Position numbers and translations under genes: made by a program. A stretch of DNA of 64,000 nucleotides from Narcine bancroftii (Eukaryota). The first letter of the stretch is position 1. The number at the start of each line of letters is the position of its first letter. The stretch spans positions 255,316,001-255,380,000 of the forward strand of contig NC_091473.1 of assembly GCF_036971445.1 (NCBI RefSeq). Reading direction: 5' to 3'. Below the pieces are notes generated by a model, which did no database searches, was not told the DNA's origin, and was given only the letters and a program-made list of their open reading frames with translations. Of the stretch, positions 12,078 through 24,443 are shown piece by piece.

Positions 12078-13557
12078 GACCCCCAACCCGATCACGGACC
12101 CCCCCCATCCCGATCATGGACCCCCGACCCCCATCCCGATCATGGACCCCCGACCCCCATCCCGATCACGGACACCCCCATCCCGATCATGGACCCCCGA
12201 CCCCCATCCCGATCACGGACCCCCCGACCCCCATCCCGATCATGGACCCACCGACCCCCATCCTGATCACGGACCCCCCCGACCCCCATCCCGATCACGG
12301 ACCCCCCGACCCCCATCCCGATCATGGACCCCCCGACCCCCATCCCGATCACGGACCCCCCCGACCCCCATCCCGATCATGGACCCCCCGACCCCCATCC
12401 CGATCACGGACCCCCCTGACCCCCATCCCGATAATGGACCACCGACCCCCATCCCGATCACGAACCCCCGGCCCCCATTCCGATCATGGACCCCCCAACC
12501 CCTCTCCCGTTAACGGACCCCCCCTGACTCCCATCCAGATCACGGACCCCCCAACCCCATCCCGATCACGGACCACCCCCCCCATCCCGATCACCGACCC
12601 CCCGACCCCCATCCCGATCATGGACCCCCGACCCCCATCCCGATCACGGACCCCCCCATCCCGATCATGGACCCCCGACCCCCATCCCGATCATGGACCC
12701 CCAACCCCCATCCCGATCACGGACCCCCCCATCCCGATCATGGACCCCCGACCCCCATCCCGATCACGGACCCCCCCCATCCCGATCATGGACCCCCGAC
12801 CCCCATCCCGATCATGGACCCCCGACCCCCATCCCGATCATGGACCCCCCCATCCCGATCACGGACCCCCCCATCCTGATCATGGACCCCCGACCCCCAT
12901 CCCGATCATGGACCCCCGACCCCCATCCCGATCACGGACCCCCCGACCCCCATCCCGATCACGGACCCCCCGACCCCCATCCCGATCATGGACCCCCGAC
13001 CCCCATCCCGATCATGGACCCCCGACCCCCATCCCGATCACGGACCCCCCGACCCCCATCCCGATCATGGACCCCCGACCCCCATCCCGATCACGGACCC
13101 CCCCGACCCCCATCCCGATCACGGACCCCCCGACCCCCATCCCGATCATGGACCCCCCGACCCCCATCCTGATCACGGACCCCCCCGACCCCCATCCCGA
13201 TCACGGACCCCCCGACCCCCATCCCGATCATGGACCCCCCGACCCCCATCCCGATCACGGACCCCCCCGACCCCCATCCCGATCATGGACCCCCCGACCC
13301 CCATCCCGATAATGGACCACCGACCCCCATCCCGATCACGAACCCCCGGCCCCCATTCCGATCATGGACCCCCCAACCCCTCTCCCGTTCACGGACCCCC
13401 CCTTTCTCCCATCCAGATCACGGACCCCCCAACCCCCATCCCGATCACGGACCACCCCCCCCATCCCGATCACCGACCCCCCGACACCCATCCCGATCAC
13501 GGACCCCCCGACCCCTAAACTGATCATGGAGCCCCCTCCCCCCTATCCCGATCACTG
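12078..13557. repeat. C-rich minisatellite, about 27-29-bp unit (gacccccatcccgatcaYggaccccc), in C1orf74 intron 1
   Basis: About 1.5 kb of tandem units with variable C runs; explains all Pro-rich ORFs in 11963-13558. Confidence 0.97.
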
Positions 13558-14219
13558 AGCCCCCTGGCCCTATTGCTCTGTAAGCCACGGTCACTGGTGG
13601 TTCCTCTTCTGGCAGGCTGTCCCCGCAACCACAACTTACCTGGGTCTGTTTACCATCCATTGGAATGAAGCTAAACACCACCTGCTGGAGGAGTTACAGA
13701 GGCCTAATGTTGTTAACACCATCTACCCCGGTTTCTGTTGGTCCTCTCCCCCATCTCTTTCCCTATCGCAATGTCTCCTTTGCCTTCACAGTTACCCCCG
13801 ACCCCAATCAATTCTCAGCTTTTCTCTCCTGCCCTCCTGTCCATTCCACCTATGGCCTTGGACTAAGCACTTGCCCCTTTTTCCCACCCCCCCCCCCACC
13901 TCCCCAAAAAGCCTACCTGGTTTTTTGCTCATACCTTGATGAACAGCCCAGGCCTGGAATGTCACTTATCTACCTTTGCATACTATGGACACTTTGTGAG
14001 ACCAGCTAAGTTTCTCCAGCACTTTTGTGTATTATGTACAATCACAATACCTGTACATTTTTGTGTTTCACTCCAAGATATTGGTGAGATTGTACGTGGA
14101 GTATTGTGCACAGTTCTGATTTCCTGTTTAATGACTTCCATCCTTCAGCGGGGCAAAGGTGCAAGACTATTCTATGTTGTCCCAACACCAGTGGTGTTGG
14201 CAAACCATTTTAGAGCCCA

Positions 14220-14535
14220 TCAAGCCTGCCCAATCATGAGCTAATCCATTTTCCCTCTCAGTCCCACTGCGCGGCCTTCTCCCCATAACCTTTGATGACC
14301 TGGCTAATCAAGATCATATCAATCTCTGTTTTAAATACACCCAATGACCTGGCCTCCACAATCGCCTGTGGAGACAAATTCCACAGATTTACCACCCTCT
14401 GGATGAAGAAATTCCTCTGCATCTTTTGTACTAAGCAGAAACCCTTCAATGTTGAAGTTGTGCCCTCTTGTCCTAGGCTCTCCCACTATGAGAAAAAAAC
14501 CTTTCTACTTCGATTTTGTCCATGCCTTTCAACAT
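14220..14535 (-). mobile_element. CR1 LINE 3' end
   Basis: NFFIQRVVNLWNL...SLGVFKTEID; same subfamily as 5950-6575 and 41060-41540. Confidence 0.85.
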
Positions 14536-14707
14536 TTGGCAACAGTTTGAGAAATTGGGAGGTCCCTGCTCAGTGTCAGAAACTTGGAAGTGAGCAGGAC
14601 CATGGGGAGGCTCCCACACACTATTGGAGAGTCCAGGAGGTGGGAGAACTCCAATTTACAGAATCTGCAATCCCTGGTATCTCTTGTATTTCACAGTAAT
14701 TATCACC

Positions 14708-15523
14708 ATGGTGGATGCTGCACAGAAGGAACAACTGATCTTTGTCACTCAGAAGTCTTTAAGGATGAATCGAAAGAAACATTTTTCAGAATCGCGCTGC
14801 TTGCAGCTCTTTGCTGAAATCCTAACTGTAGATTCAGGATTAAAGCCTGCTTTCTTATTTGATTATTGTTTATCAAATGCAGAACAGATCCAAGAATATG
14901 TCCAGGAGCTGCAACAAACTGGGCTTCTCTCTGAAAATTTGCACATCCTCAGCATGCAAGAGAATGTCTTAATAATAAATTTAAACCGAATCATCCAACA
15001 CTTGGAAAGAGCACTGCAAGAAAATGGTGTTCAAGTCATTGACGTCTCTGTGCACAGAGAGAATCCACAGCTCGCTGAGACGTGGGTGACAAAACAAGTC
15101 AGGGCCCAGGTGGATATTATTTGGAAGCACTTGAAATCGCAGGTCATTCAAACAGGGGAGAGCAAACCAGGTTTGGTTACTGCAAGTGAGATTTTCTCTT
15201 CAGAGTGGAACCTCTGTACAATGTTTGGGTTTCTCCTCGGGTTCCCTGCTTCATACTGGTTTGATTTTAACACGAGTTTTGAAAATTGTTTAAGTATGAC
15301 TCCACTTCGGGCTTTCTCGGTCTCTGCTTTTTGTCCCAGAATCACCAAAAACCTCAAGCATCGAATGTACTCATTCAGTGTCCCAGATATTCTGTACTTG
15401 GATTTGCAGAGCGCTATAAAGACTTGGCAGAGGGAACTGCAGTCAGACTTTCAAACTCAGACCATGTTCTCCCATCTCTGCGTTTCAACAGAATCTGTAT
15501 GTCTGTCTGCAGTTATGTTGTGA
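14708..15523 (+). CDS. C1orf74: UPF0739 / DUF4504 protein C1orf74 homolog, 271 aa, single coding exon
   Basis: Motifs GLKPAFLFD, SSEWNLCTMFGFLLGFPASY, NCLSMTPLRAF, YSFSVP and C-terminal LSAVML match C1orf74; accATGg Kozak; acceptor tcacag| at 14696; synteny with TRAF3IP3 and G0S2. Confidence 0.95.
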   Translation: MVDAAQKEQLIFVTQKSLRMNRKKHFSESRCLQLFAEILTVDSGLKPAFLFDYCLSNAEQIQEYVQELQQTGLLSENLHILSMQENVLIINLNRIIQHLERALQENGVQVIDVSVHRENPQLAETWVTKQVRAQVDIIWKHLKSQVIQTGESKPGLVTASEIFSSEWNLCTMFGFLLGFPASYWFDFNTSFENCLSMTPLRAFSVSAFCPRITKNLKHRMYSFSVPDILYLDLQSAIKTWQRELQSDFQTQTMFSHLCVSTESVCLSAVML

Positions 15524-15931
15524 ATATTAACCCCAACATTCATCCTTGATGCAAAAAACTTTGCATTAAGAAAATGACATGTAAAAAGTTAGTATTGTTG
15601 ATGGGAACAACATGGACAAAGAGAGGAGAGATGGACAGGCTTGAGAAATGAATTCCTGAGTTTAGGATCTTGGCACCGGAGAGAGCAGGTTGCCCATGGT
15701 GGGATAACTCAGGAAGCTGGAATTGGAAGAATGTCAGTTTATTTATTGTCCATCTCGAATTACCTGGTGAGAGGCAGTAGCCATATTAGACGCCAGTATT
15801 TTCTTACTAATTTTGTCCTTGAAAAGCCTGTTGGCTTAGTCCATTGACACTTCCCAAAATTTCATCGAAACGTGGAGAATCTATCCGTGCTTACATTTAT
15901 AATGTAATTTCTGTTTCTAAGTTAGACGTAC

Positions 15932-15937
15932 AATAAA
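15932..15937 (+). terminator. Polyadenylation signal of C1orf74
   Basis: AATAAA about 410 nt after the stop codon. Confidence 0.55.
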
Positions 15938-16734
15938 AGGAATCTGTTCCATGTTGTCACAACACTTATTGTGCTGGCAATCCAATTTTGAAGTTCCTTG
16001 CGTGAAAGCTGCTATAGTACGTGCTGCTGCCAGAGCTACAAAGTATTAATGTAAAACAAGTTGAAGCAGTGCTGATAATCCTCTCTCTTGAACACCACTC
16101 TTCTTGGGTACCTGGGTAGCACAGGGGCACAGCAAGGCGAGAACTGTCACAACTCCAGTCATCCAGGTTCAATCCTGACCTCCAATGCTGTCTGAGTGGA
16201 GTTTGCATGTACAGTCTGGGACTACACAAGCTTCCCCCACATACTCTGGTTTCCCTCATTTCCCAAAGATGTGAATTTGCCACTGTAAATTGGTCCTATT
16301 AAAGAGGTTAAGGAGGAATGTGGGGCAAAAATGGGATGAATGTCAATTTAGTGTAGGTGTCTGCATAGTCCGGGAGACTTCATTGCTGTAGTATGACTGA
16401 CTTTGTAATTAGAGCAGGAGACCACAGTCAGCTGCGACTTCAATGTAATCAGGATGTTGATGAAGGTCATGTCTACAAGAGAGGCCACTTGGACTTTTAC
16501 AGAATGTAATTTGAAGGAATTGAACTATTTATTTTCACATGTACTGAGCTATCGTGAGTCAGGGTTTTACAGAAGAGAAGCAAACCCTTTGGCCCATCTT
16601 GTCCATGCCAACCAACTTTTCTGCCCGCTTCCCTGGAATTGGACCATATTCCTCTAAACCCCTATCCATATAAGTGTCTAAATGACTTTTAACTGTTATA
16701 ACTTGTACCTGCCTTTACCACATCTTCTGGCAGT

Positions 16735-17265
16735 GTGCAGTTTTGGTCACCAAGCTGCAGGAAAGATATCAATAAGGTTGAAAGAGTGCAGAGAAGATTT
16801 ACTAGAATGTTGCCTGGACTTCAGGAACTGAGTTACAGGGAAAAGTTGAACAGGTTAGGACTTCGTTCCCTGAAGTGTAGAGAATGAGGGAAGATTTAAT
16901 CGAAGTATTTAAAATTATGAGGGGAGCAGACAGGGTAAATGTAGGTCGGCCTTTTCCACTGAGGGGAGGTGAGATACAAACCAGAAGACATGGGTTATGG
17001 GTGAATGGGGAAAAGTTTAGGGGGAACAAGAGAGGAAGTCTCTTCACATAGAGAGTGGTGGGAGTGTGGAACAAGTTGCCAGATGAAGTGTGAATGCAGC
17101 CTCAATTTTAATGTTTGAGAAGAATTTGGACAGGTACATGGATGGGAGAGGTATGGAGGACTTTGACCTGGGTGCAGGTCAGTGGAAATTAGCAGTAAAA
17201 TGGTTTGGCACAGTCTAGAAGGGCCAAAGGAGTCTGTTTCTGTGTTGTAGTGTTCTATGGTTCTA
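16735..17265 (+). mobile_element. CR1 LINE 3' end
   Basis: VQFWSP...ERVQRRFTRMLPGL; tail gttctatggttctatg. Confidence 0.85.
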
Positions 17266-17689
17266 TGTACTCATCATGCTATGTGTGAAAAAGATGCCCA
17301 ATTGGTCCTTTTTAAATCTTTTCCCTCTAAGCTCTAAGATTTAATTAGTCTTGGATAAAGACTTTGCTTAAGGCCTTTTTGATTTTATAAACCTCTGTAA
17401 GGTACACCCCCCCCCCCCCCCCCCATTCCTCAGTCGCCTAATCTGCAGGAAGAAGTTTCCCAGCCTATGCAATCTCTCCCAGCCTGCCAGTCGCAGAACA
17501 TTTGTAGATCTTTTCTGTCTCCTTTCCAATGTAATGATAGCTTTCCAGTGTGGTCTCACCCATGCCCTGTACGTTAAAAACTTTAATTTGCATAAATAGG
17601 GAGGGTAAGAAGAAATAGGATGTTGCATGGTATAGCACACATTCAGGCACTTTGCCCACATGCCTGTGATGAACGTGATGTCCAAATCA

Positions 17690-18430
17690 GCCTAAACCTC
17701 TGTTGTTCCACGTACCATCTTGACTTCATTCCAGTACCTATTCTCAGAATCCGCTGCCATCCATTCTCTCTGCACCAATCCCAACTTTACTATCAAACCA
17801 TAGACAAGGGCCGTGCTGTAGTTTGGCGCACAGACCTCTGCCCTGCTGAGGCCAGACCATAACTCTCAGACACCTCCTAATACTTCTTCAACAGGACCCC
17901 ACCAAGGAGCATCAGGTGACCGTCTCCCACATAATCACTGACCTTATCTCTTCTGGTAATCTCCCTTCGGCAACCTACAACATTGTTTCCCAGCCCCACA
18001 CTACCAGGTTTTACCTCGTACCCGAGATCCACAAACTGAACTGCCCTGGTAGACTCATCGTTTCTCTGTGCTCTTGCCCATTGATATCATCATAGCCCAT
18101 CTCCATTTTGTTCTCCTTGGCACAGTCTCTTCCCACCTACATCCAGGACACCTCACCTGGTCTGTCTCCATCACTTTTAAGTGTTCCGTTCCATGGGTGG
18201 ACCATCTGATGTTTACCATGGATGGCCACTTCCTATACACTTCCATCCCTCATGAGGAAAGCCTCAAGTCTTCCTGCTTCTTCTGGATAACAGCCTAGCC
18301 AGTCCCCCTCCACCCTTGATAGCTTCTCCTTTGGCTCATCCCACTTTTTCCAAATCAAAGATGTAGCGATGGATATTGTATGGGCCCCAGCTAAGTCTGT
18401 CTTTTTGTTGGCTATGTGGAGCAATCCATG
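17690..18430 (+). mobile_element. Penelope-like element RT fragment
   Basis: DKGRAVVVW, P.IHKLNCPGR and QIKDVAM.I.MGP remnants. Confidence 0.6.
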
Positions 18431-20159
18431 CTGGTGAATGTGGGCTCAAATTTAACACAATGCCTCTCATGAGTTTATGTACCTTTATCACTTCACTTCT
18501 CAACCTCCTGTACTCCAGAGAAAACAACCCCAGTTTGTCCAAGCTCGTCCCATTATTCATACCTTGAAACCAGGCAACTTTCTGGGAAACCTCCTGTCCC
18601 CTTTCCAAAGCCTCCACTCCCTTCCTGTAATGGGATGACCAGAATTGTACAAAGTATTTCAAGTGCAGCTGAACCCACAGCTCCCTGATATTCCACATCC
18701 TGCTGGAGACATAAACCTCTGTCCGGACTGACATCCTCTCTGCAAGCTGAAAGATCTTAACCTGAAGCACAGCTCAGCCCTGTTGCCAAACCCTCTGCAC
18801 TTGCCCTCAATCCCTGCCGCTCCAAAATAGCTGCTCCGCTACACCCATCTGTTCTTATTGGCTGCTGTGACTCCAAAAAGCCAATCACAATTGAGCTTTT
18901 CCTCTTCAAAGCACAGGTTCAGCCAGTCACTAAACTATTTTTCAAGTCCCTACTACTTTTTGGGGGAAGCCTGCAGTCTAAATTTTACCGCAAAACTCAC
19001 CTCATGAATTTGATGTCCAGCTGATGATGCAGGCCACATTGCTCCACGTAAAAGCACCTGGACTAACGTGCACAGGAACCTAAACGGTGCAGTGTAAACG
19101 ACCACAAAATGAGTGAGTATGTTAATTTATGTAGACATTTTCACGGATTTTTCCAACATTGGTGTCTAAAAAAAACACTAATGTATCTTATTGTTACAAA
19201 AGATTGACAGTGGTGTTTTTGTGTAGTTTATTGGTAATGGAGTAATTATGGTCAGTAGGAAATCTAATGGTTTTTGGCTGTGGCTCAGTTATTGAACCCT
19301 TGCTTGTGACTGAAGTTTATGACTTCAGTTCCAAGATGCAAAGTTATCCATGAAGATTACTGGAAATAAAATATTTGTTCAAATTGTAGTCATTGGTAGT
19401 ATCTTTTCATACTGAATTGTGTTGAGTAAGTCAGAGCCTCCTTAATTTGACAGTATTTTTCTTTTATGAATTTCTAATTTTTGTGATTTTATAATTTTTT
19501 GATTGGGAAGGGAATCAAGATTTATAGGGCGAAGGCAGGAAAAGGGTTGGAAAGGATAGTAAATCAAGCTTGATGGAATGTTGGTTTGGGCTCAATGGGC
19601 TGAATGGCCTAATTCTACTCCTATGTCTTAGTCCAATACTTAAGGTAATAGTAGCAATTTGTTTAAATCGATGAATAGTTGCAAAGATGCAACTTTTCCA
19701 GTTTTCTTTCCTCATCTCTTCTCTTTTACATTCGAGTGGATGTCTTTACCCAGATCACTCCTGGTGCCTTCGGGCAGTGTGAGAGAAATGTACTGAGCAA
19801 CAGCATCCATGAAACTGAAATGAGACTCATCAACCCAAGGCATTGCCCAGCAACTCTACTGTTCTGCACCCTGCACCAGCAAAGATGTGTTTATGAAAGA
19901 AATAACCAGAGGTGATGATCTCAAAATGTTAATGTTACATATGCATCTTACAACGAAAAGTACAAGAACTTTAGTTGGCACTTTTTTCAAGTTAGTAAAT
20001 GCTCAGGACTTTCTGTCCTTTTTCTATGTTTTGTTGAATACAGTGCCCATGGCACTGTTCTGAATTTAACAATGTTTCCAAATAAATGAAATTGCATCAC
20101 TGATTAATTAGATACTGAAGTAAGGAGAATCCTAAACTTCAGAATCACATAAAGGCAGC

Positions 20160-21720
20160 AGGACCAGACAATGTACCTGGTTAGACTGTGCAGACTAACT
20201 GACGAGGATCCTTGTGGAGATCTTTAGCACATCATTGCAGCAGTCCATCGTCCCCATGGGTTTCAAGGCAGCCACCATCATCGTGGTACCAAAGAAGGCG
20301 ATAGTAACAGGCCTCAACCATTACCGCCCAGTAGCACTGACCTCCACCATAGTGAGATGCTTCGAGTTGCATGGCTGGTGTAGTGATTAGTGCAAGGCCA
20401 TTACAACTCCAGTGATTGGGACTGGGGTTTGAATCCCGCACTGTCTATAAGTATCTGGTATGTTCTCCCCGTGTCTGCGTAGGCTTTCCTCCAAAATGTA
20501 CCGGGGTTACAGGTTAGTTGGGCGGCAGAGGCATGTGGGCCAAAATGGTCTATTACCATGCTGTCAGTCTCAATCAAATCAAGTGTCTGGTGATGGAACA
20601 CATCAAAATGGACCTCCCAGAGCATTGGACATTTCAATTCGCATTGCAGTAATGATGCTTGTCTCTCTACTCCGTACTGATCCACCTGGAAAATGATGCT
20701 GTTCATTGTCTTCAACACAAGTGTTTATACCATCATACCCCAGAGGCTGGTGGGGAAGCTGACTTTGATGGGACTCAACATCCCTCTCTGCCCTTCTCTG
20801 TAACTGGATTATGGACTTCCTCAGGGAAAGTCCACAGTTCGTCCAGGTCGACAGCAGAACATCGAGCACCATCACGCTGAGAACTGGCGCACCTCGGGGC
20901 TGTGTGCTCAGTCCACTCCTATTCGCGCTACTTAGCTGCATTGTCAGATCCAGCTCCAACAGTTTCATCAAAGTTTGTAGATGACACCACAGTCGGTGGT
21001 CTCATCAGCCACAACAATGACTCAGACTAGAGAGAGGAGAGATGGAAAATGGTGCGTGAATAACAACTTGAATCTCAATATGGACAAGATGAAGGAGATG
21101 ATTGTGGACTTCAGGAGGACCATGGGTGACTACTTCCCACTACACATTATTAGCTTGGAAGTGGAAAGAGCAGAGAGCACCATGTTCCTTGGAGTTCACT
21201 TAAGAAGTGACTTATCATGGACACACATCTCCTTACTTGTCAGGAAGGCACAACAGTAACTGCTCTTCCTTAGAAGGCTGAGTCAAGCAAGGTTACTGGC
21301 CACCATTCTGGCAACTTTCTGTGGGAGCTCTTTCAAGAGCGTCCTGGCCGGCTGCATCACAGTGTGGTACGGTTGCTGTAGAGCATTGGATCGGAGGTCA
21401 ATCCACATGACCACAAAATCGACAAAGAGGATCACTGTGATTGCCCTCCCACACACACACCCCTCACCATCAATGTGATTTACCAGGATCATTGTTTAAA
21501 GAGGGCCCCTACCACCCCACACTCAGCATCTTCCAGCTGCTTCCATTGGGAAAACCATACAGAAATATCAGAGCCTGAACCACCAGTCTGAGGAACAGCT
21601 TCTACCCACGGGCAGAGAGATGCTGAACAACTGCTAAAACCCCTCTCCACGATTGTATTATTTATTAAGAACATTTATTTTAATATATGTACATACATAC
21701 TGTGCATATGTACCATTTGT
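20160..21720 (+). mobile_element. Rex1/Babar-type LINE fragment with nested SINE (about 20370-20560)
   Basis: GAPRGCVLSPLLF, KFVDDTTV and KMKEMIVDFRR motifs. Confidence 0.85.
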
Positions 21721-21724
21721 CTGT

Positions 21725-22502
21725 TGTTATGTTGCAGACCAGCAGCAATAGAAATTCACCAAGAGATTGTTATGGTTTTTCTTTTAAAATAATATATTTA
21801 TTAATAATATAACAACTTATCTAAAACTTAACCCTTAACTATGTGCGAATGTGTGTGTGGGATATCCAAACCATTACCGTTTAGGCACAATTCTGGAAGT
21901 GATTCCAAAGTTCAGTCTTAGAAATCCTGTGTTGAAACTTAGACTTTCGAACTGATGCCCAGAAGTAATTATGAAGGAGGTGAGAGACTGAGTGATCAGA
22001 TTGCTGAAAACTCACGAATCCTTGTCTAGTTGCTTCCAGAGAATTGTCCTTTCATTCGAATGGTTGTCACAGCTCCCCTTTTACTTGTGTAGGGGAAATG
22101 AAAATTCCATGATGCTTCCAAAACCCAGGCACGGGTCCATCAAAATGACCAACACAATGGTCACCGTAGTTCAATAATTCCCCTGATAAAGAGAATTAAC
22201 AGAATTGTCCATTTCACAGAGTTATTCCACCTTTGTGTTTATCAGATGACTGGCTGATCAATACAGAAAATACTGTTTCTTTAAGTGTCCCAATCATGTG
22301 ACTCATAATCACATGACTTCTCTCACCATCTGGTTTTCCTGAATGAAAAACTAATGTTCTTAATGGAGAACATCAGTTTGTTAATAGTTGGGACTTGATG
22401 GTGCCATGCACAACATTTCTGTGAAATGTCATGTTTACAATGTTTACCGCCTGCTTCACTCCACCAAGTCACACTCACTAAATAAAATGGGAGATTGTAA
22501 AA
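21725..22502. mobile_element. Probable solo LTR inserted in the LINE tail
   Basis: Starts TG (tgttatg), ends tgtaaaa (CA probably mutated); flanked by tctgt at 21720-21724 and 22503-22507; the Rex-type tail resumes afterwards. Confidence 0.5.
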
Positions 22503-23129
22503 TCTGTATGTCTGCACTGTGATCCAGAGAACGCTGTTTCATCGGGTTGTACTGGTACAATCAGATGACAAATAAAGCTGAGCTAAACATAGAAACAGTC
22601 CCTTTGGCCACAATATTTACGCCCACCTTTTCGTTCATCTACACAATCCCATTTTTCCACATTAGATCAGTTTCCTCTGTCTTGCCTATTTAAGTGTATG
22701 TGTAAATGGCTCTTAAATATAGAGATCGTATCTGACTCCACCAGATCCTTTGGCAACACAGTACAGATATCAATCACTCTTTCTGTAAAAAAAATCAGAC
22801 CCCCTTTAAAGCTACCCTCTGATATTGAAATTATGCCATCATGTTTACAGTATATACCCTTACCCTAGGGAAGATTTTGACTATCTATCCTGGCAGTGCC
22901 TCCATAGCCCTTGGTCTCCTTCACAAGACCAGCCTTTCCAATCTCTCTCCATAACTAAAGTCTTTCAATCAGACCACATGCTCTGCACTATTTATAGTGC
23001 AGTCTCATCCTTCCTATTGAGTGGTAGTCAGAACTGCACACAATACTCCCAAGTGCAAACTAACCACTGGTTTGTAAAGTTGTAACTTAATGTCCCAACT
23101 CTAATATCGTATGCGGAAGATTGTCAAGC

Positions 23130-23510
23130 TAAGTTTATTATCATCTCATTGTACAAGTACTACCCGACAAAACAGCATTTTTAGGTCCTCAGTGCAAATC
23201 GGAATAACTTACCATACAGACAAACAGTCAACATCTCATATGCAGGACAAATATTCATCTATTACAAATAAATAAATATTGTTTCATGAATATGAGAGTC
23301 TCAGATAGTCAGTGTGAGAGGTTCCTTTGGTCATTCAGCATTCTCACTGCCTGTGGGAAGAAGCTGTTCCTCAGCCTGGTGGTGCTGGCTCTGATCCTCC
23401 TGTATCTCTTCCCCGACGGGAGCAGCTGAAAGATGCTGTGTGTAGGGTGGAAGGGGTCCTCGATGATTTTGCGTCCCTTCTTCAGACAACGATCCCAGTA
23501 GATTACATCA
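23130..23510 (-). mobile_element. Rex1/Babar-type LINE 3' end
   Basis: IIEDPFHPTHSIFQLLPSGKRYRRIRASTTRLRNSFFPQAVRMLN. Confidence 0.85.
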
Positions 23511-23933
23511 TGGGGGGGGGGGGGGGGGGGAGGGAGGTGGGTTGTGCATTGGTATTTGTTCAATTATGTTTGATACTGTTGTTTATGAAAAGATAATGTT
23601 TTTTTATGTACAATGAAGTACGATGGCCTCAGTAGATTACCCATTTGAAGGTGTTTGCCATCTCCACCAAGTCTCGGCACTAGAGGGGTGGGAGGGGGAG
23701 CTGGGGAGGCGATGTCGTGCACTTTATAGTCAGACAACAAAATGTACACCATTTTGTTTATGTGTTCACTATCAGGACGTGAGGCTCACTGATGAGGCTA
23801 GTATTGATGTCCTTGCTTTTTGGCCCTGACAACATGACAGCAATTCACCGTCTTAACAATTAAATGGTTTGTTTAACCAAACCAGAGTGTGATTAATGAT
23901 CACACCAGTCCACGTTAAGTAAGGACTGCAGAT

Positions 23934-23939
23934 TTTATT
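23934..23939 (-). terminator. Candidate polyadenylation signal of TRAF3IP3
   Basis: tttatt on + (AATAAA on -) about 350 nt past the stop codon. Confidence 0.45.
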
Positions 23940-24287
23940 TTCCGAAGGCAATGGTAAACTAGATTGGGATTTCTAACATTTGGGTCAGTTCAGGTTTACC
24001 TTTAGCTAGAGTAAGTATTATTAATAAATTTGAGTTTGCTTAGTTTAGAGTTTCAGATTCTTTGGTTACTACGACTCAAATGTATGAGTTCATGGGCAGA
24101 ATGAAGAAAATATCACGGCCTAGTTGAATTCTTGCTGCATCTAAGGAATTGGTCCTTTGAGCTGCCGTTTAATAATACTCAGCACAGAGAGGTATAAATG
24201 AGCAAGCAGCGTCTCCTTGGCATTTGCCTAACTCTAGTTTGCAATATTCCACATAACCAGTACATTGATATTTTAAAAAAAGAATCA

Positions 24288-24443
24288 TTATTTCAAATTT
24301 GATGGGAGTTTGGTGATGAAAGGCATTTGCAAGTTTGATAAGATGTCTTCGAAAGGGATTTTGTCCCGATTTGCCCACAGCACAGCAAACCCTACTACCA
24401 GTGCTGCCATCAGGAGGAAGGCCACACATCGGCAGCAGCGCCC
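24288..24443 (-). CDS. TRAF3IP3: TRAF3IP3 last coding exon with tail-anchor TM (GRCCRCVAFLLMAALVVGFAVLWANRDK...SNLK*)
   Basis: ctcttctctag| acceptor; TM followed by ANRD (human ANKD). Confidence 0.88.
   Translation of the reverse strand, partial: GRCCRCVAFLLMAALVVGFAVLWANRDKIPFEDILSNLQMPFITKLPSNLK

Noticed and set aside
11963-13558. 449-aa and other Pro/Asp/His-rich ORFs
   Set aside because: They are translations of the tandem minisatellite, open in several frames on both strands; no evidence of coding.
14624-14707. N-terminal extension of C1orf74 in the ORF track
   Set aside because: It starts at a non-ATG codon and crosses the splice acceptor at 14696; the real start is ATG 14708.
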